Shown here piece by piece: positions 47,822 through 56,760 of a stretch of 64,000 nt of DNA. This stretch comes from Congzhengia sp. (GTDB taxonomy: Bacteria; Bacillota; Clostridia; UBA1381; UBA9506). How positions within the stretch are numbered: the stretch's first letter is position 1; each line of letters starts with the position of its first letter. The notes below the pieces were generated by a model, which searched no databases, was not told where the DNA came from, and worked only from the letters and a program-made list of their open reading frames with translations. The stretch covers positions 1 through 64,000 of the forward strand of contig JAZNGT010000038.1 in assembly GCA_045576635.1 (NCBI GenBank). Reading direction: 5' to 3'. A program made the translations under genes and the position numbers.

Positions 47822-47941
47822 ATGAACGTGTCTTTCATGAACACAAGTAAATATTTCTTTTACTTTGGCGTAGTCTTTTATTTTGGCTATGCTTATTTTG
47901 CTATGAAAACGTTACTTGTGAGATTGCGGAGCAGTTTTTAA
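47822..47941 (+). CDS. Phe/Tyr-rich leader peptide (39 aa) of the pheA-aroB-aroA-tyrA-aroF operon
   Basis: Sequence MNVSFMNTSKYFFYFGVVFYFGYAYFAMKTLLVRLRSSF. It has 8 Phe and 5 Tyr in total, and 12 of the 17 codons in a central run are Phe/Tyr. Weak AAAAGG RBS. It ends 36 nt before an intrinsic terminator that immediately precedes pheA. Confidence 0.6.
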   Translation: MNVSFMNTSKYFFYFGVVFYFGYAYFAMKTLLVRLRSSF

Positions 47942-47976
47942 AAATTATTTGAAATTGTATTCAATAATATTTAAAA

Positions 47977-48008
47977 CCTCACTTGTAATTTCACAAGTGG
48001 GGTTTTTC
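47977..48008 (+). terminator. attenuator terminator (segments 3:4) upstream of pheA
   Basis: CCTCACTTGT-AATTTC-ACAAGTGGGG followed by TTTTTC. An alternative pairing of 47912-47922 with 47990-48000 is possible. Confidence 0.6.
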
Positions 48009-48028
48009 TATATTGGGAGGCTTTTAAA

Positions 48029-49117
48029 ATGAAGGACAAATTACAAGAAGCAAGAAAAATCATAAACGACATTGATGCAAAAATGGCAGAACTTTTCGTT
48101 CAGCGGATGAAAGCGAGCGAAATGGTTTTTGCGTATAAAAAAGAATTTGGACTTCCCATTTTTGACCCAAAAAGAGAAGATAGCGTGATTGAAAAGAACG
48201 CGGCGATGATAGAGGATGATGTATTAAAAGGGTATTACATTGACTACATCAAAAACCTTATGTCTGTTTCCAAAGCATATCAGTATCGTTTGCAAAGCGG
48301 GTTGAAAGTTGCATACAGCGGCGTTCCCGGCGCGTTTGCCCACATTGCAGCAGGAAGAATTTTCCCCGACGCAAACCGCGTTTCGTACCGTGATTTTAAA
48401 GCCGCTTATCATTCGGTGGCAGACGGTGCATCCGATGTTGCGATACTTCCCATTGAAAACAGTTACGCAGGCGAAGTCGGGCAGACCATGGACCTTATTT
48501 TCTCCGGAAGCCTCTTTATAAATGGAATTTACGAACTTGAAATTCATCAGAATCTGCTTGGTGTTCCCGGTGCAAGCCTCGAAGATATTCAAAAAGTTAT
48601 AAGTCATCCGCAGGCGTTATCGCAATGCCATGACTATATTAAAATGAGAGGATTCGAAACGGAAGAGGCAAGTAACACCGCTGTTTCCGCCAAAACCGTT
48701 TTCGACATGAATCAAAAATCGTATGGCGCAATTGCAAGTTTAGAAACAGCAGAACTATACGGACTTAAAGTTTTAGAAGCAAACATCAATAAAAGCAATG
48801 AAAATACAACGCGGTTTGCCGTGCTTTCCAAGGTGCGTGCGGCGTTACCCTCGCTTTCCAATTCCGTTCTTATGTTTACCGTAAAAAACGAAGCAGGCTC
48901 TCTTGCAGAAGCAATCAGTATCATAGGAAAATACGGCTACAACATGACGGCACTTAGAAGCAGACCCTTAAAAAAACATTCGTGGCAATACTATTTCTAT
49001 ATTGAAATTGACGGCTCGACAGACACCGAAAAGGGAAAAAAGATGATTGAAGAATTAAACCATGTGTGCGACAAACTTAAAATTGCAGGAACGTTTGCGC
49101 CGCATGCAGAGATTTGA
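48029..49117 (+). CDS. pheA: bifunctional chorismate mutase / prephenate dehydratase
   Basis: AroQ chorismate mutase N-terminal domain. PDT domain with TRF/ESRP-type motifs (TALRSRPLKK) and a C-terminal ACT domain. Confidence 0.8.
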   Translation: MKDKLQEARKIINDIDAKMAELFVQRMKASEMVFAYKKEFGLPIFDPKREDSVIEKNAAMIEDDVLKGYYIDYIKNLMSVSKAYQYRLQSGLKVAYSGVPGAFAHIAAGRIFPDANRVSYRDFKAAYHSVADGASDVAILPIENSYAGEVGQTMDLIFSGSLFINGIYELEIHQNLLGVPGASLEDIQKVISHPQALSQCHDYIKMRGFETEEASNTAVSAKTVFDMNQKSYGAIASLETAELYGLKVLEANINKSNENTTRFAVLSKVRAALPSLSNSVLMFTVKNEAGSLAEAISIIGKYGYNMTALRSRPLKKHSWQYYFYIEIDGSTDTEKGKKMIEELNHVCDKLKIAGTFAPHAEI

Positions 49118-49126
49118 GGTAAAGCA

Positions 49127-50155
49127 ATGAAGATACACTTAAATTTAGAGAATAACAGTTATGATATCTTGGTAGAAAGAGGCATTTTAAAGGCTTTGGG
49201 GGCGCATCTTAATTTAAAAAGACGCGTTCTTATCGTAACCGATACCGGTGTTCCCGAAATGTATGCAAAAACAGTTGCAGCGCAATGTAAGGCGCCTGTG
49301 ATTCAGACAGTGCCCATGGGCGAGGGCGCAAAAAGCCTTGAAATGTTTGGTGCGCTTCTTAACACGATGCTAAAAAATAACTTTTCAAGAAAGGACTGCG
49401 TTGTCGCAGTTGGCGGCGGCGTCGTTGGCGACCTTTCAGGGTTTGCAGCATCTGCGTACATGCGGGGGATTGACTTTTACAACATCCCGACGACGCTCCT
49501 TTCGCAGATTGATTCTTCTATCGGCGGAAAAACCGCAATCAACTTTGGCGGTGTAAAAAATATTGTCGGCGCATTTTATCAGCCAAAGAAAGTTTTAATA
49601 GACCCCGACCTTTTATCTACGCTCCCCGCGCGTCAGATTGCAAACGGACTTGCAGAAGCCATCAAAATGGCGTTAACATCAGACAAGGAACTCTTTCACC
49701 TCTTTGAAACGCAGGATGTTTTAAAGAGTCTTGACGAGATTATCATTCGCTCGCTCCATATCAAAAAGAATGTTGTTGAAGAGGACGAGAAAGAAACGGG
49801 CCTCAGGAAAATTCTCAATTTCGGCCATACCGTAGGTCACGGAATCGAAAGCAGTGTGCAAACGCTTTATCACGGAGAATGTGTTGCACTTGGAATGATT
49901 CCTATGTGTGATGAGGCGATCAGGGAAAAAGTCATAAAGGTACTTAAAAAATGTAACCTTTTTACCATTCCTGCATTTGACTGGGATGCAATCAAAAAAG
50001 CCGCATTTCACGACAAAAAGGCTGACGGGGAAATGGTTACCGTTGTCACGGTAAACGATGTGGGTTCTTTTGAACTTAAAACCGTAAAAAGCGAAACTGT
50101 AATCGAAATGGCAAAAGACTGTTTTTGCGCCATTTTGCAAAAAGAAGGTAACTGA
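49127..50155 (+). CDS. aroB: 3-dehydroquinate synthase
   Basis: GGGVVGDLSGFAASAYMRGIDFYNIPTTLLSQIDSSIGGKTAINF. Confidence 0.8.
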   Translation: MKIHLNLENNSYDILVERGILKALGAHLNLKRRVLIVTDTGVPEMYAKTVAAQCKAPVIQTVPMGEGAKSLEMFGALLNTMLKNNFSRKDCVVAVGGGVVGDLSGFAASAYMRGIDFYNIPTTLLSQIDSSIGGKTAINFGGVKNIVGAFYQPKKVLIDPDLLSTLPARQIANGLAEAIKMALTSDKELFHLFETQDVLKSLDEIIIRSLHIKKNVVEEDEKETGLRKILNFGHTVGHGIESSVQTLYHGECVALGMIPMCDEAIREKVIKVLKKCNLFTIPAFDWDAIKKAAFHDKKADGEMVTVVTVNDVGSFELKTVKSETVIEMAKDCFCAILQKEGN

Positions 50156-50156
50156 A

Positions 50157-51359
50157 ATGATAGCAAACATAAAACCATGTAACTTAAAAGGAACGATAGA
50201 TGCGCCGCCCTCTAAAAGTCTGGCGCACCGGTACTTGATTGGTGCCTTTATTTCCAATGCGGAATGCAGGATATCCGGCGTCGATTTTAGCGAAGATATT
50301 CTTGCAAGTAAAGAGTGTTTAAAGGCGCTCGGTGCCGATGTTACAGTGCAAAATGATGCGGTAAGCATACGTCCTCGCGGCTTTATGCATGCAGAAACTG
50401 TATCCTTAAATTGCAGAGAAAGCGGAAGCACGTTAAGGTTTTTATTGCCGCTTGCACTGTGTCTTGGAAAGCCGGTTACCTTAAAGGGCAGCAAACGCCT
50501 TTTTGAGCGGCCGCTTACAGTTTACGAAGACCTTGCAAAAGAAAACGGCTTTCTGTTTGAAAAAAGCGAAAATGCAGTCACGGTTTGCGGAACGTTACAA
50601 GGCGGGACATATAAGGTCCGAGGCGATATCAGCAGTCAGTTTATTACGGGACTTATCTTTGCGTTTTTATATTTAGGAGAAGAAGCCGAACTTCAAATTC
50701 TTCCGCCTTTTGAAAGTAAGCCGTATGTGCATCTTACCATTTCTGCCTTAAAAGCATTTGGTGCGGATGTGGCGTTTTTAGATGAATATACCATACAGGT
50801 AAAAAAGGCGCAACTTCACGCGTTTTCGGGCAAAATAGAAGGCGATTATTCAAATGCCGCATTTCTGGATGCATTCAATTATACCGGTTCTGACATTAAG
50901 ATACACAATCTCATTCCCGACAGTGTGCAGGGCGACAAGGTATACAAAACATACTTTGAAAAAATACAGGCGGGAACGCCAACGCTTGACATTTCCGATT
51001 GCCCCGATTTAGCGCCCGTGCTTATTGCACTCGCATCACTTAAAAACGGCGCAACGCTTTTAGGAACCAACAGATTAAAGGAAAAAGAAAGCGACAGAGG
51101 ACGCGCGATGCACGAAGAACTTAAAAAACTCGGCGGAGGGCTTGTTTTTTCCGATAACGCCATTGTCGTACCGAAGCAGGAACTTTTCTATAAAGGAACG
51201 GTTTTAGACGGGCACAATGACCACAGAATTGTTATGGCAATGTCTTTTGTGCTTACGCATACGGGCGGAGAAATAGCGGGGATTGAAGCAGTCAAAAAAA
51301 GTTATCCCGGCTTTTTCGATGATTTATTAAAACTTGGAGCAGTGGTGGATATAACATGA
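50157..51359 (+). CDS. aroA: 3-phosphoshikimate 1-carboxyvinyltransferase (EPSP synthase)
   Basis: PPSKSLAHR N-terminal motif. 400 aa. Confidence 0.8.
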   Translation: MIANIKPCNLKGTIDAPPSKSLAHRYLIGAFISNAECRISGVDFSEDILASKECLKALGADVTVQNDAVSIRPRGFMHAETVSLNCRESGSTLRFLLPLALCLGKPVTLKGSKRLFERPLTVYEDLAKENGFLFEKSENAVTVCGTLQGGTYKVRGDISSQFITGLIFAFLYLGEEAELQILPPFESKPYVHLTISALKAFGADVAFLDEYTIQVKKAQLHAFSGKIEGDYSNAAFLDAFNYTGSDIKIHNLIPDSVQGDKVYKTYFEKIQAGTPTLDISDCPDLAPVLIALASLKNGATLLGTNRLKEKESDRGRAMHEELKKLGGGLVFSDNAIVVPKQELFYKGTVLDGHNDHRIVMAMSFVLTHTGGEIAGIEAVKKSYPGFFDDLLKLGAVVDIT

Positions 51360-52204
51360 TAGTAGATGTAAGTAAAAAAATACTGATTGTCGGTCTTGGA
51401 CTTTTGGGCGGTAGTTATGCGAGGGTTTTAAAACGATTCGGCTTTCACATAAGTGCCGTTACGAAAGAACAGAGTGCAATCGATTATGCATTAAAGGAAG
51501 GCTTGATTGACGAGGGAACAACTGAACTTGATAAAAAAATCATTGGCGAAGCGGACCTTGTTATTTTTGCCCTTTACCCGCACATTTTTGTAGAATGGAT
51601 TGAGAAAAACCAAAATTTATTAAAAAGCGGTGCGCTTTTAACAGATGTAACAGGTGTCAAGGGCAGTATTGTATATAAAATTCAGGATATGTTAAGGGAC
51701 GATGTGGAATTTATTGCCGCACACCCAATGGCAGGTCGTGAGGTTTCAGGCGTCGAAAACAGCACAGACACGCTGTTTCAGGGAGCAAACTATATCGTAA
51801 CGCCCACAGACAAAAACACGCCCGAAGCAATCGAAACCGCAATGGAACTTGGTAGACTTCTCGGTTTTTCCAATGTTACCACGCTTTCGCCGGAAGAACA
51901 CGACGAAATGATAGGCTTTCTTTCGCAGTTAACCCATTGTATTGCAATCACACTGATGACTTGCAACGACAAAGAAAATATGGAAAAGTTTACAGGGGAC
52001 TCCTTCCGTGCCCTTACCCGTATTGCACGCATCAACGACCGGATGTGGGGCGAACTCTTTGTGGCAAACAAGGAGGCGCTGCTTCATCAGATGCATCTGT
52101 TTATCGATAAATTCAATGCACTCAAAACGATGCTTGAAACAGAAGATACAGAAGGCATGAGAGAAATGATGCGTCTTTCAACAAAACGCAGAGCGTTATT
52201 CTAA
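51356..52204 (+). CDS. tyrA: prephenate dehydrogenase
   Basis: ILIVGLGLLGGSYA Rossmann motif. 4-nt overlap with aroA. Confidence 0.8.
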   Translation: MIVDVSKKILIVGLGLLGGSYARVLKRFGFHISAVTKEQSAIDYALKEGLIDEGTTELDKKIIGEADLVIFALYPHIFVEWIEKNQNLLKSGALLTDVTGVKGSIVYKIQDMLRDDVEFIAAHPMAGREVSGVENSTDTLFQGANYIVTPTDKNTPEAIETAMELGRLLGFSNVTTLSPEEHDEMIGFLSQLTHCIAITLMTCNDKENMEKFTGDSFRALTRIARINDRMWGELFVANKEALLHQMHLFIDKFNALKTMLETEDTEGMREMMRLSTKRRALF

Positions 52205-52228
52205 AAATTATATTGGAGGATACTGAAA

Positions 52229-53257
52229 ATGAATATGAATTTCAAACGCAAACTGCCAATCCCTATGGAGATAAAAGAGCAGTACCCGTTGTCCTATAAG
52301 CACGAGCAGTTAAAGTTAAAAAGAGATGCGGAAATTAAATCCATCTTTGAGGGAAAAGACGAAAGATTTCTTCTCATTATAGGTCCGTGTTCTGCCGACC
52401 ATGATGACAGCGTGATTGATTACATTTCGCGTTTAAGAGACGTTCAGGAAAAAGTGGCAGATAAAATTTATATCATTCCTAGAATCTACACCAACAAACC
52501 CCGAACCACCGGAGACGGCTACAAAGGCATGCTTCATCAGCCCGACCCCAACAAAGAATCGGATATGATAAAGGGCGTAGTGGCAATCAGAAATCTGCAT
52601 ATCAGAGCCATCAGTGAAACAGGTTTTACTTGTGCTGATGAAATGCTTTATCCCGAAAATCACAGATACCTTTCGGACCTCTTATCGTATGTTGCAATCG
52701 GTGCGCGGTCGGTTGAAAACCAAAACCACAGACTCACCGCAAGCGGACTTGACATTCCCGTTGGCATGAAAAATCCTACCGCAGGCGATATCTCTGTTAT
52801 GATGAACTCTATCACTGCGGCGCAACACGCGCACACCTTTATTTACAGAGGTTGGGAAGTTGAAAGCGGCGGCAACCCCCTCGCACACGCAATTTTGCGC
52901 GGTTATGTAAACAAGCACGGCGAGGCAACGCCGAACTATCATTACGAAGACCTTATCCATCTTGCCGAAATTTATGCGAAATCCGGTCTTAAAAATCCTG
53001 CGGTTATTATTGATACCAATCATGCAAACTCCGGAAAGAAATGGATGGAACAGCCGCGAATTGCAAAAGAAGTGCTTCATAGTTGCCGTCACAGTAAGGA
53101 TATCAAAAAGATCGTAAAAGGTCTTATGATTGAAAGTTATATTGAAGACGGCGCACAAAAGCCGGAAGAATGTGTTTACGGAAAATCAATAACCGACCCG
53201 TGTCTTGGTTGGGAAAAGACAGAACGGCTTATTTATGATCTGGCAGAGGTGCTTTGA
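52229..53257 (+). CDS. aroF: 3-deoxy-7-phosphoheptulonate (DAHP) synthase, type I-alpha
   Basis: LLIIGPCS..RIYTNKPRTTGDGYKGM motifs are typical of AroG/AroF-type DAHP synthases. Confidence 0.8.
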   Translation: MNMNFKRKLPIPMEIKEQYPLSYKHEQLKLKRDAEIKSIFEGKDERFLLIIGPCSADHDDSVIDYISRLRDVQEKVADKIYIIPRIYTNKPRTTGDGYKGMLHQPDPNKESDMIKGVVAIRNLHIRAISETGFTCADEMLYPENHRYLSDLLSYVAIGARSVENQNHRLTASGLDIPVGMKNPTAGDISVMMNSITAAQHAHTFIYRGWEVESGGNPLAHAILRGYVNKHGEATPNYHYEDLIHLAEIYAKSGLKNPAVIIDTNHANSGKKWMEQPRIAKEVLHSCRHSKDIKKIVKGLMIESYIEDGAQKPEECVYGKSITDPCLGWEKTERLIYDLAEVL

Positions 53258-53282
53258 TAGCGTTAGGTGCAACAAAAAAGGG

Positions 53283-53322
53283 ATGAGCAAATGCTCATCC
53301 CTTTTCATTTTTATTTAAAATA
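53283..53322 (+). terminator. rho-independent terminator of the aromatic operon
   Basis: AAAAAGGGATGAGC-AAAT-GCTCATCCCTTTTCATTTTT. Confidence 0.7.
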
Positions 53323-53495
53323 TCTTTTGAGTAAACCCTCTAAACCGCGTCCATGTCTTGCCTCGTCGCAAACCTATCGCTTAAATAGGGCGTTTGAAGG
53401 CTCTTTTTTGATGATACACAGTATTTTGCACAATAGTTTAGACTTTACTTTTTCATAAGATATTTTTGCAAACTACTTCAAGTTTTTGAAAAAAA

Positions 53496-53843
53496 TTATT
53501 TTAAGCCTGCTTGTGCCTTTGAAACAACTTTTCCACCTTGAAAAGTTACATTTGCATTTGAACCAATTGAACCGCTACCAGTCCACTGATAAATTTCTGT
53601 TTTATATTGCGCTCCCATTCCAACATCTACACTTGAACCAAGGGTGCCTTCGCCACCAACAATTTCACATACTTGTGCATATGTCATTCCAGTCTCGATT
53701 TTATTAAATTCCTCAAGAGAGATGCTTGCTTCTGAACCAATTATATCAGCGCCTGTGCCTTTAATCAAATCGTTTGGTGAAGAACATCCTGCAAATGCCA
53801 AACAAAAAACAACCACCATAGTTAAAACAATTAATTTCTTCAT
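53496..53843 (-). CDS. small secreted lipoprotein (DUF3862/BLIP-like), hypothetical
   Basis: Signal MKKLIVLTMVVVFCLAFAGCS. About 115 aa with YxxW and G-rich beta motifs. Confidence 0.45.
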   Translation of the reverse strand: MKKLIVLTMVVVFCLAFAGCSSPNDLIKGTGADIIGSEASISLEEFNKIETGMTYAQVCEIVGGEGTLGSSVDVGMGAQYKTEIYQWTGSGSIGSNANVTFQGGKVVSKAQAGLK

Positions 53844-53915
53844 CTTGAATACTCCTTTTAAATAATTATTAATTATCATAGCATAGTTATGATAATTTTA
53901 TTTTACCATATTTTG

Positions 53916-53960
53916 CACAAAAAAAACAATACCTGCTGTTTTTTGACAGCAGGTATTGTA
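53916..53960 (-). terminator. rho-independent terminator of the perR-rubrerythrin unit
   Basis: ACAATACCTGCTG-TTTTTTGAC-AGCAGGTATTGT, with a T-run on the minus strand. Confidence 0.65.
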
Positions 53961-53968
53961 AAAATTTC

Positions 53969-54556
53969 TTATTTAAAGTATCTCTTTAAAAGTCCTTCTA
54001 AGCCTCTGCCGTGGCGAGCTTCGTCGCGCGCCATTTCGTGAACGGTGTCGTGGATTGCATCCAAGCCGTTTTTCTTCGCGCAAGCCGCCAAGTCAAACTT
54101 ACCTTTCGTTGCGCCGTATTCACAGTCAACGCGCCATTTTAAGTTGTCTTTGGTGGTTGCTTTCATGTTGGGTTCTAAATCTTCGCCTAAAAGTTCAGCG
54201 AATTTTGCAGCGTGTTCTGCTTCTTCATACGCTGCTTTTTCCCAGTAAAGACCTACTTCGGGGTAGCCCTCGCGGTGCGCGATGCGCGCCATGCAGAGAT
54301 ACATACCTACTTCAGCGCATTCGCCGTTAAAGTTTGCCATAAGTTGTTCGAAGATATATTTTTTATCTTCTTCGGAAATATCGGGGTTGTTCTTTACGGT
54401 TTTTGCGTAAACGCCGTATTCATGTTCTGCAGCCAACGCTGCGCCTTCTTCCATAATGGTAAATTTTTCGCCGGCTACTTTACATACCGGGCAAGCCTCG
54501 GGAGCCGTTTCTCCTTCGTGAACGTATCCGCAAACGGGACATACAAATTTTTTCAT
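53969..54556 (-). CDS. rbr: reverse rubrerythrin (N-terminal rubredoxin-like, C-terminal diiron ferritin-like domain)
   Basis: N-terminal CPVCGY...CPVCK rubredoxin motif followed by an ExxH-containing four-helix diiron domain. Confidence 0.8.
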   Translation of the reverse strand: MKKFVCPVCGYVHEGETAPEACPVCKVAGEKFTIMEEGAALAAEHEYGVYAKTVKNNPDISEEDKKYIFEQLMANFNGECAEVGMYLCMARIAHREGYPEVGLYWEKAAYEEAEHAAKFAELLGEDLEPNMKATTKDNLKWRVDCEYGATKGKFDLAACAKKNGLDAIHDTVHEMARDEARHGRGLEGLLKRYFK

Positions 54557-54598
54557 GTTTCATTACCTCCATTTGATTGTATTGTAAATTTTTTAAAA

Positions 54599-54979
54599 TT
54601 ATGCATTTTCCAAGTTACACTCGTCGCAAGTGCCGTAGATGTAAAGGCGATAGGTGTCGACCGTTGCGTGCTTGCCGAGGGAGTTTAAAATGGTTTCCCT
54701 CGGAAGCGTAAAGGAAAGGTCTTTAACGCCGCCGCACTTTGAACAGACAAAGTGTTGATGTTCTTTTAAATCTGCATCAAAATGGTCGGTGCCATCGCCC
54801 GTTTTTAAACGGAGAATTTGTTTTTGCTCGCAAAGCAGCCCTAAATTTCGGTACACCGTTGCAAGACTTAAACGGGGCATTACAGGCTTTAATTCTGCGT
54901 AAATGCGTTCTGCCGTGGGATGCTCTTTTGTGTTTTTTAAATAGGTGATAATCAGTTCCCTCTGTTTTGAAAACGACAT
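54599..54979 (-). CDS. perR: Fur-family transcriptional regulator, probably PerR
   Basis: Fur-family fold with HxH and CxxC...CxxC (HFVCSKCGG...CDEC). Located upstream of, and co-oriented with, rubrerythrin. A Fur/PerR-type box lies at its promoter. Confidence 0.7.
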   Translation of the reverse strand: MSFSKQRELIITYLKNTKEHPTAERIYAELKPVMPRLSLATVYRNLGLLCEQKQILRLKTGDGTDHFDADLKEHQHFVCSKCGGVKDLSFTLPRETILNSLGKHATVDTYRLYIYGTCDECNLENA

Positions 54980-54997
54980 TTCTCGCACCCCTTTCTT

Positions 54998-55020
54998 AAA
55001 ATAAGAATGATAATCATTCC
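54998..55020. promoter_or_regulatory. Fur/PerR-type operator AAATAAGAATGATAATCATTCCT at the perR promoter
   Basis: Perfect palindrome GAATGAT-A-ATCATTC located 19-41 bp upstream of the perR start codon. Confidence 0.6.
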
Positions 55021-55098
55021 TAATTTCTAAATATATTCTAACAGATATACATTTTGATGTCAAGGATTTTTTTTAAAATTTGTTGAAAATTTTTTTGC

Positions 55099-55127
55099 GT
55101 TCTGCTACAATGAAATTATAGGTAGGT
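55099..55127 (+). promoter_or_regulatory. sigma70-type promoter upstream of the PHP/DRTGG/hydrogenase-like cluster
   Basis: TTGAAA - 17 nt - TACAAT. Nested palindromes GTAACAC..GTGTTAC and ACACTATTTcataAAATAGTGT follow in the 5'UTR. Confidence 0.4.
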
Positions 55128-55192
55128 TTCTTGTGTAACACGCGTGACACTATTTCATAAAATAGTGTTACAGAAAAAAGGGGGGACCCTTC

Positions 55193-55927
55193 ATGTACAT
55201 TGATTTTCATACACATATCCTTCCCGGGATTGACGACGGTGCTAAAACTCTCGAAGATGCGCTTTCGATGCTTTCTTTGGCAAAGAAAAGCGGTGCCGAA
55301 CTGGTGGTACTTACGCCGCACTATCTATGGGAGGAATCCATCGATGCGTTTTTAGAAAAGCGGAATGCGGCACTTTTAAAATTCCAAGATGCTGCAAGGG
55401 AGAGCGGGGATACCGAGTTTCCATCCCTTTGCCTTGGCGCAGAAGTCATGTTTGACAGAACGCTCGAAAACTGCGAGGGGTTAGAAAAACTTTGCATTTC
55501 GGGCACAAACCGTTTGCTTTTGGAACTTCCCGGACCATCGGTGCAGTCGTGGCACATCACTGAGGCGTATCATTTAATGGCAAAACGCAACATTTTGCCC
55601 GTTTTCGTACATATTGAGCGGTATCTTAATAAGCCGAAAGCCCTTTCAGAACTCGAAGAACTTGTCACCATTGGCGCAAAGTTTCAGGTAAACGCGTCAT
55701 CTTATTTAAATTTTTCGGGCAAACGCGTAATCGATGCTTTGGCAAAACAGTATTTAATTTCTGCCATCGGGTCTGATGCGCACAGTTTAAAATGGAGAAA
55801 CCCCGACATTTCGCGTGCAGTTACAAAACTTTCAAAACGCTTTGGAAACGGCTTTTTGCGATATGTAAAAGAACAATCGGAAGAACTTTTAGAGGGTGCC
55901 AAAACGCACCATCCCTTATCCATATAA
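55193..55927 (+). CDS. PHP-family Mn-dependent protein-tyrosine phosphatase (CpsB/YwqE-like)
   Basis: MYIDFHTHILPGIDDGAK N-terminal metal-binding motif. 244 aa. Confidence 0.7.
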   Translation: MYIDFHTHILPGIDDGAKTLEDALSMLSLAKKSGAELVVLTPHYLWEESIDAFLEKRNAALLKFQDAARESGDTEFPSLCLGAEVMFDRTLENCEGLEKLCISGTNRLLLELPGPSVQSWHITEAYHLMAKRNILPVFVHIERYLNKPKALSELEELVTIGAKFQVNASSYLNFSGKRVIDALAKQYLISAIGSDAHSLKWRNPDISRAVTKLSKRFGNGFLRYVKEQSEELLEGAKTHHPLSI

Positions 55928-55951
55928 ATTGACGTTTGAGGAGAGAAACAT

Positions 55952-56305
55952 ATGAAATTAAAAGAGGTACAAAACATTTTAGGAGCAACACTTGTCGTAG
56001 GATGCGACGGCTGGGAGGAGACAGAAGTAAAATCCGCCTGCGGAAGTGATCTTATGAGTGACGTGCTCGCGTTTGTAAAAGACCAGGCGCTTCTTTTAAC
56101 GGGACTTGTGAATCCGCAGGTGATTCGTACCGCAGAAATGATGGACATTAAAGTCATTGTGTTTGTGCGCGGAAAAATGCCCGGCGAAGAAGTCATAGCA
56201 CTTGCAGAAAAACTCGATATGACCGTATTTTCGACAGAACTTCCGTTATACATTTCCTGCGGAAAACTTTATAAAAACGGCCTTTCCGGAAACGGGGAGG
56301 CGTAA
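55952..56305 (+). CDS. DRTGG-domain protein
   Basis: 117 aa. The conserved DRTGG-like core is LLLTGLVNPQVIRTA. Confidence 0.55.
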   Translation: MKLKEVQNILGATLVVGCDGWEETEVKSACGSDLMSDVLAFVKDQALLLTGLVNPQVIRTAEMMDIKVIVFVRGKMPGEEVIALAEKLDMTVFSTELPLYISCGKLYKNGLSGNGEA

Positions 56306-56307
56306 GT

Positions 56308-56733
56308 ATGGCACAAAATCTTACGCTCCATTACGACATTGACGGCGCAGATTTTACCGTTGCAGGTCAGGCGTCGAGTAACATTAAAAAGGTGTTAAAG
56401 CAATTAGGCGTTGCGCCCGAGATTATAAGAAAAGCCGCAATTTCCATGTATGAGGGCGAAATCAATACCGTCATTCACGGAAAAGGCGGAACAGCAGATG
56501 TTTTGCTTACCACCGACAGACTTATCATTACCTTTCGTGACAACGGCCCCGGTATCTCTGATATCGAGCAGGCAATGCAGGAAGGGTTTTCGACCGCGAC
56601 GAACGAAGCAAGAGAACTGGGGTTTGGCGCGGGTATGGGACTTCCCAATATGAAAAAATATTCTGACGAACTTAACATTACCTCAAAACCCGGCGAGGGC
56701 ACAACCGTTGAAATTATTATAAACCTCGCCTGA
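56308..56733 (+). CDS. GHKL-ATPase anti-sigma-factor-type serine kinase (RsbW/SpoIIAB-like)
   Basis: N-box/G-box-like IITFRDNGPGISDIEQAMQEGFST...GFGAGMGL. 141 aa. Confidence 0.65.
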   Translation: MAQNLTLHYDIDGADFTVAGQASSNIKKVLKQLGVAPEIIRKAAISMYEGEINTVIHGKGGTADVLLTTDRLIITFRDNGPGISDIEQAMQEGFSTATNEARELGFGAGMGLPNMKKYSDELNITSKPGEGTTVEIIINLA

Positions 56734-56760
56734 CGGGAAATTTTTCAAGGAGGTGTTTTT

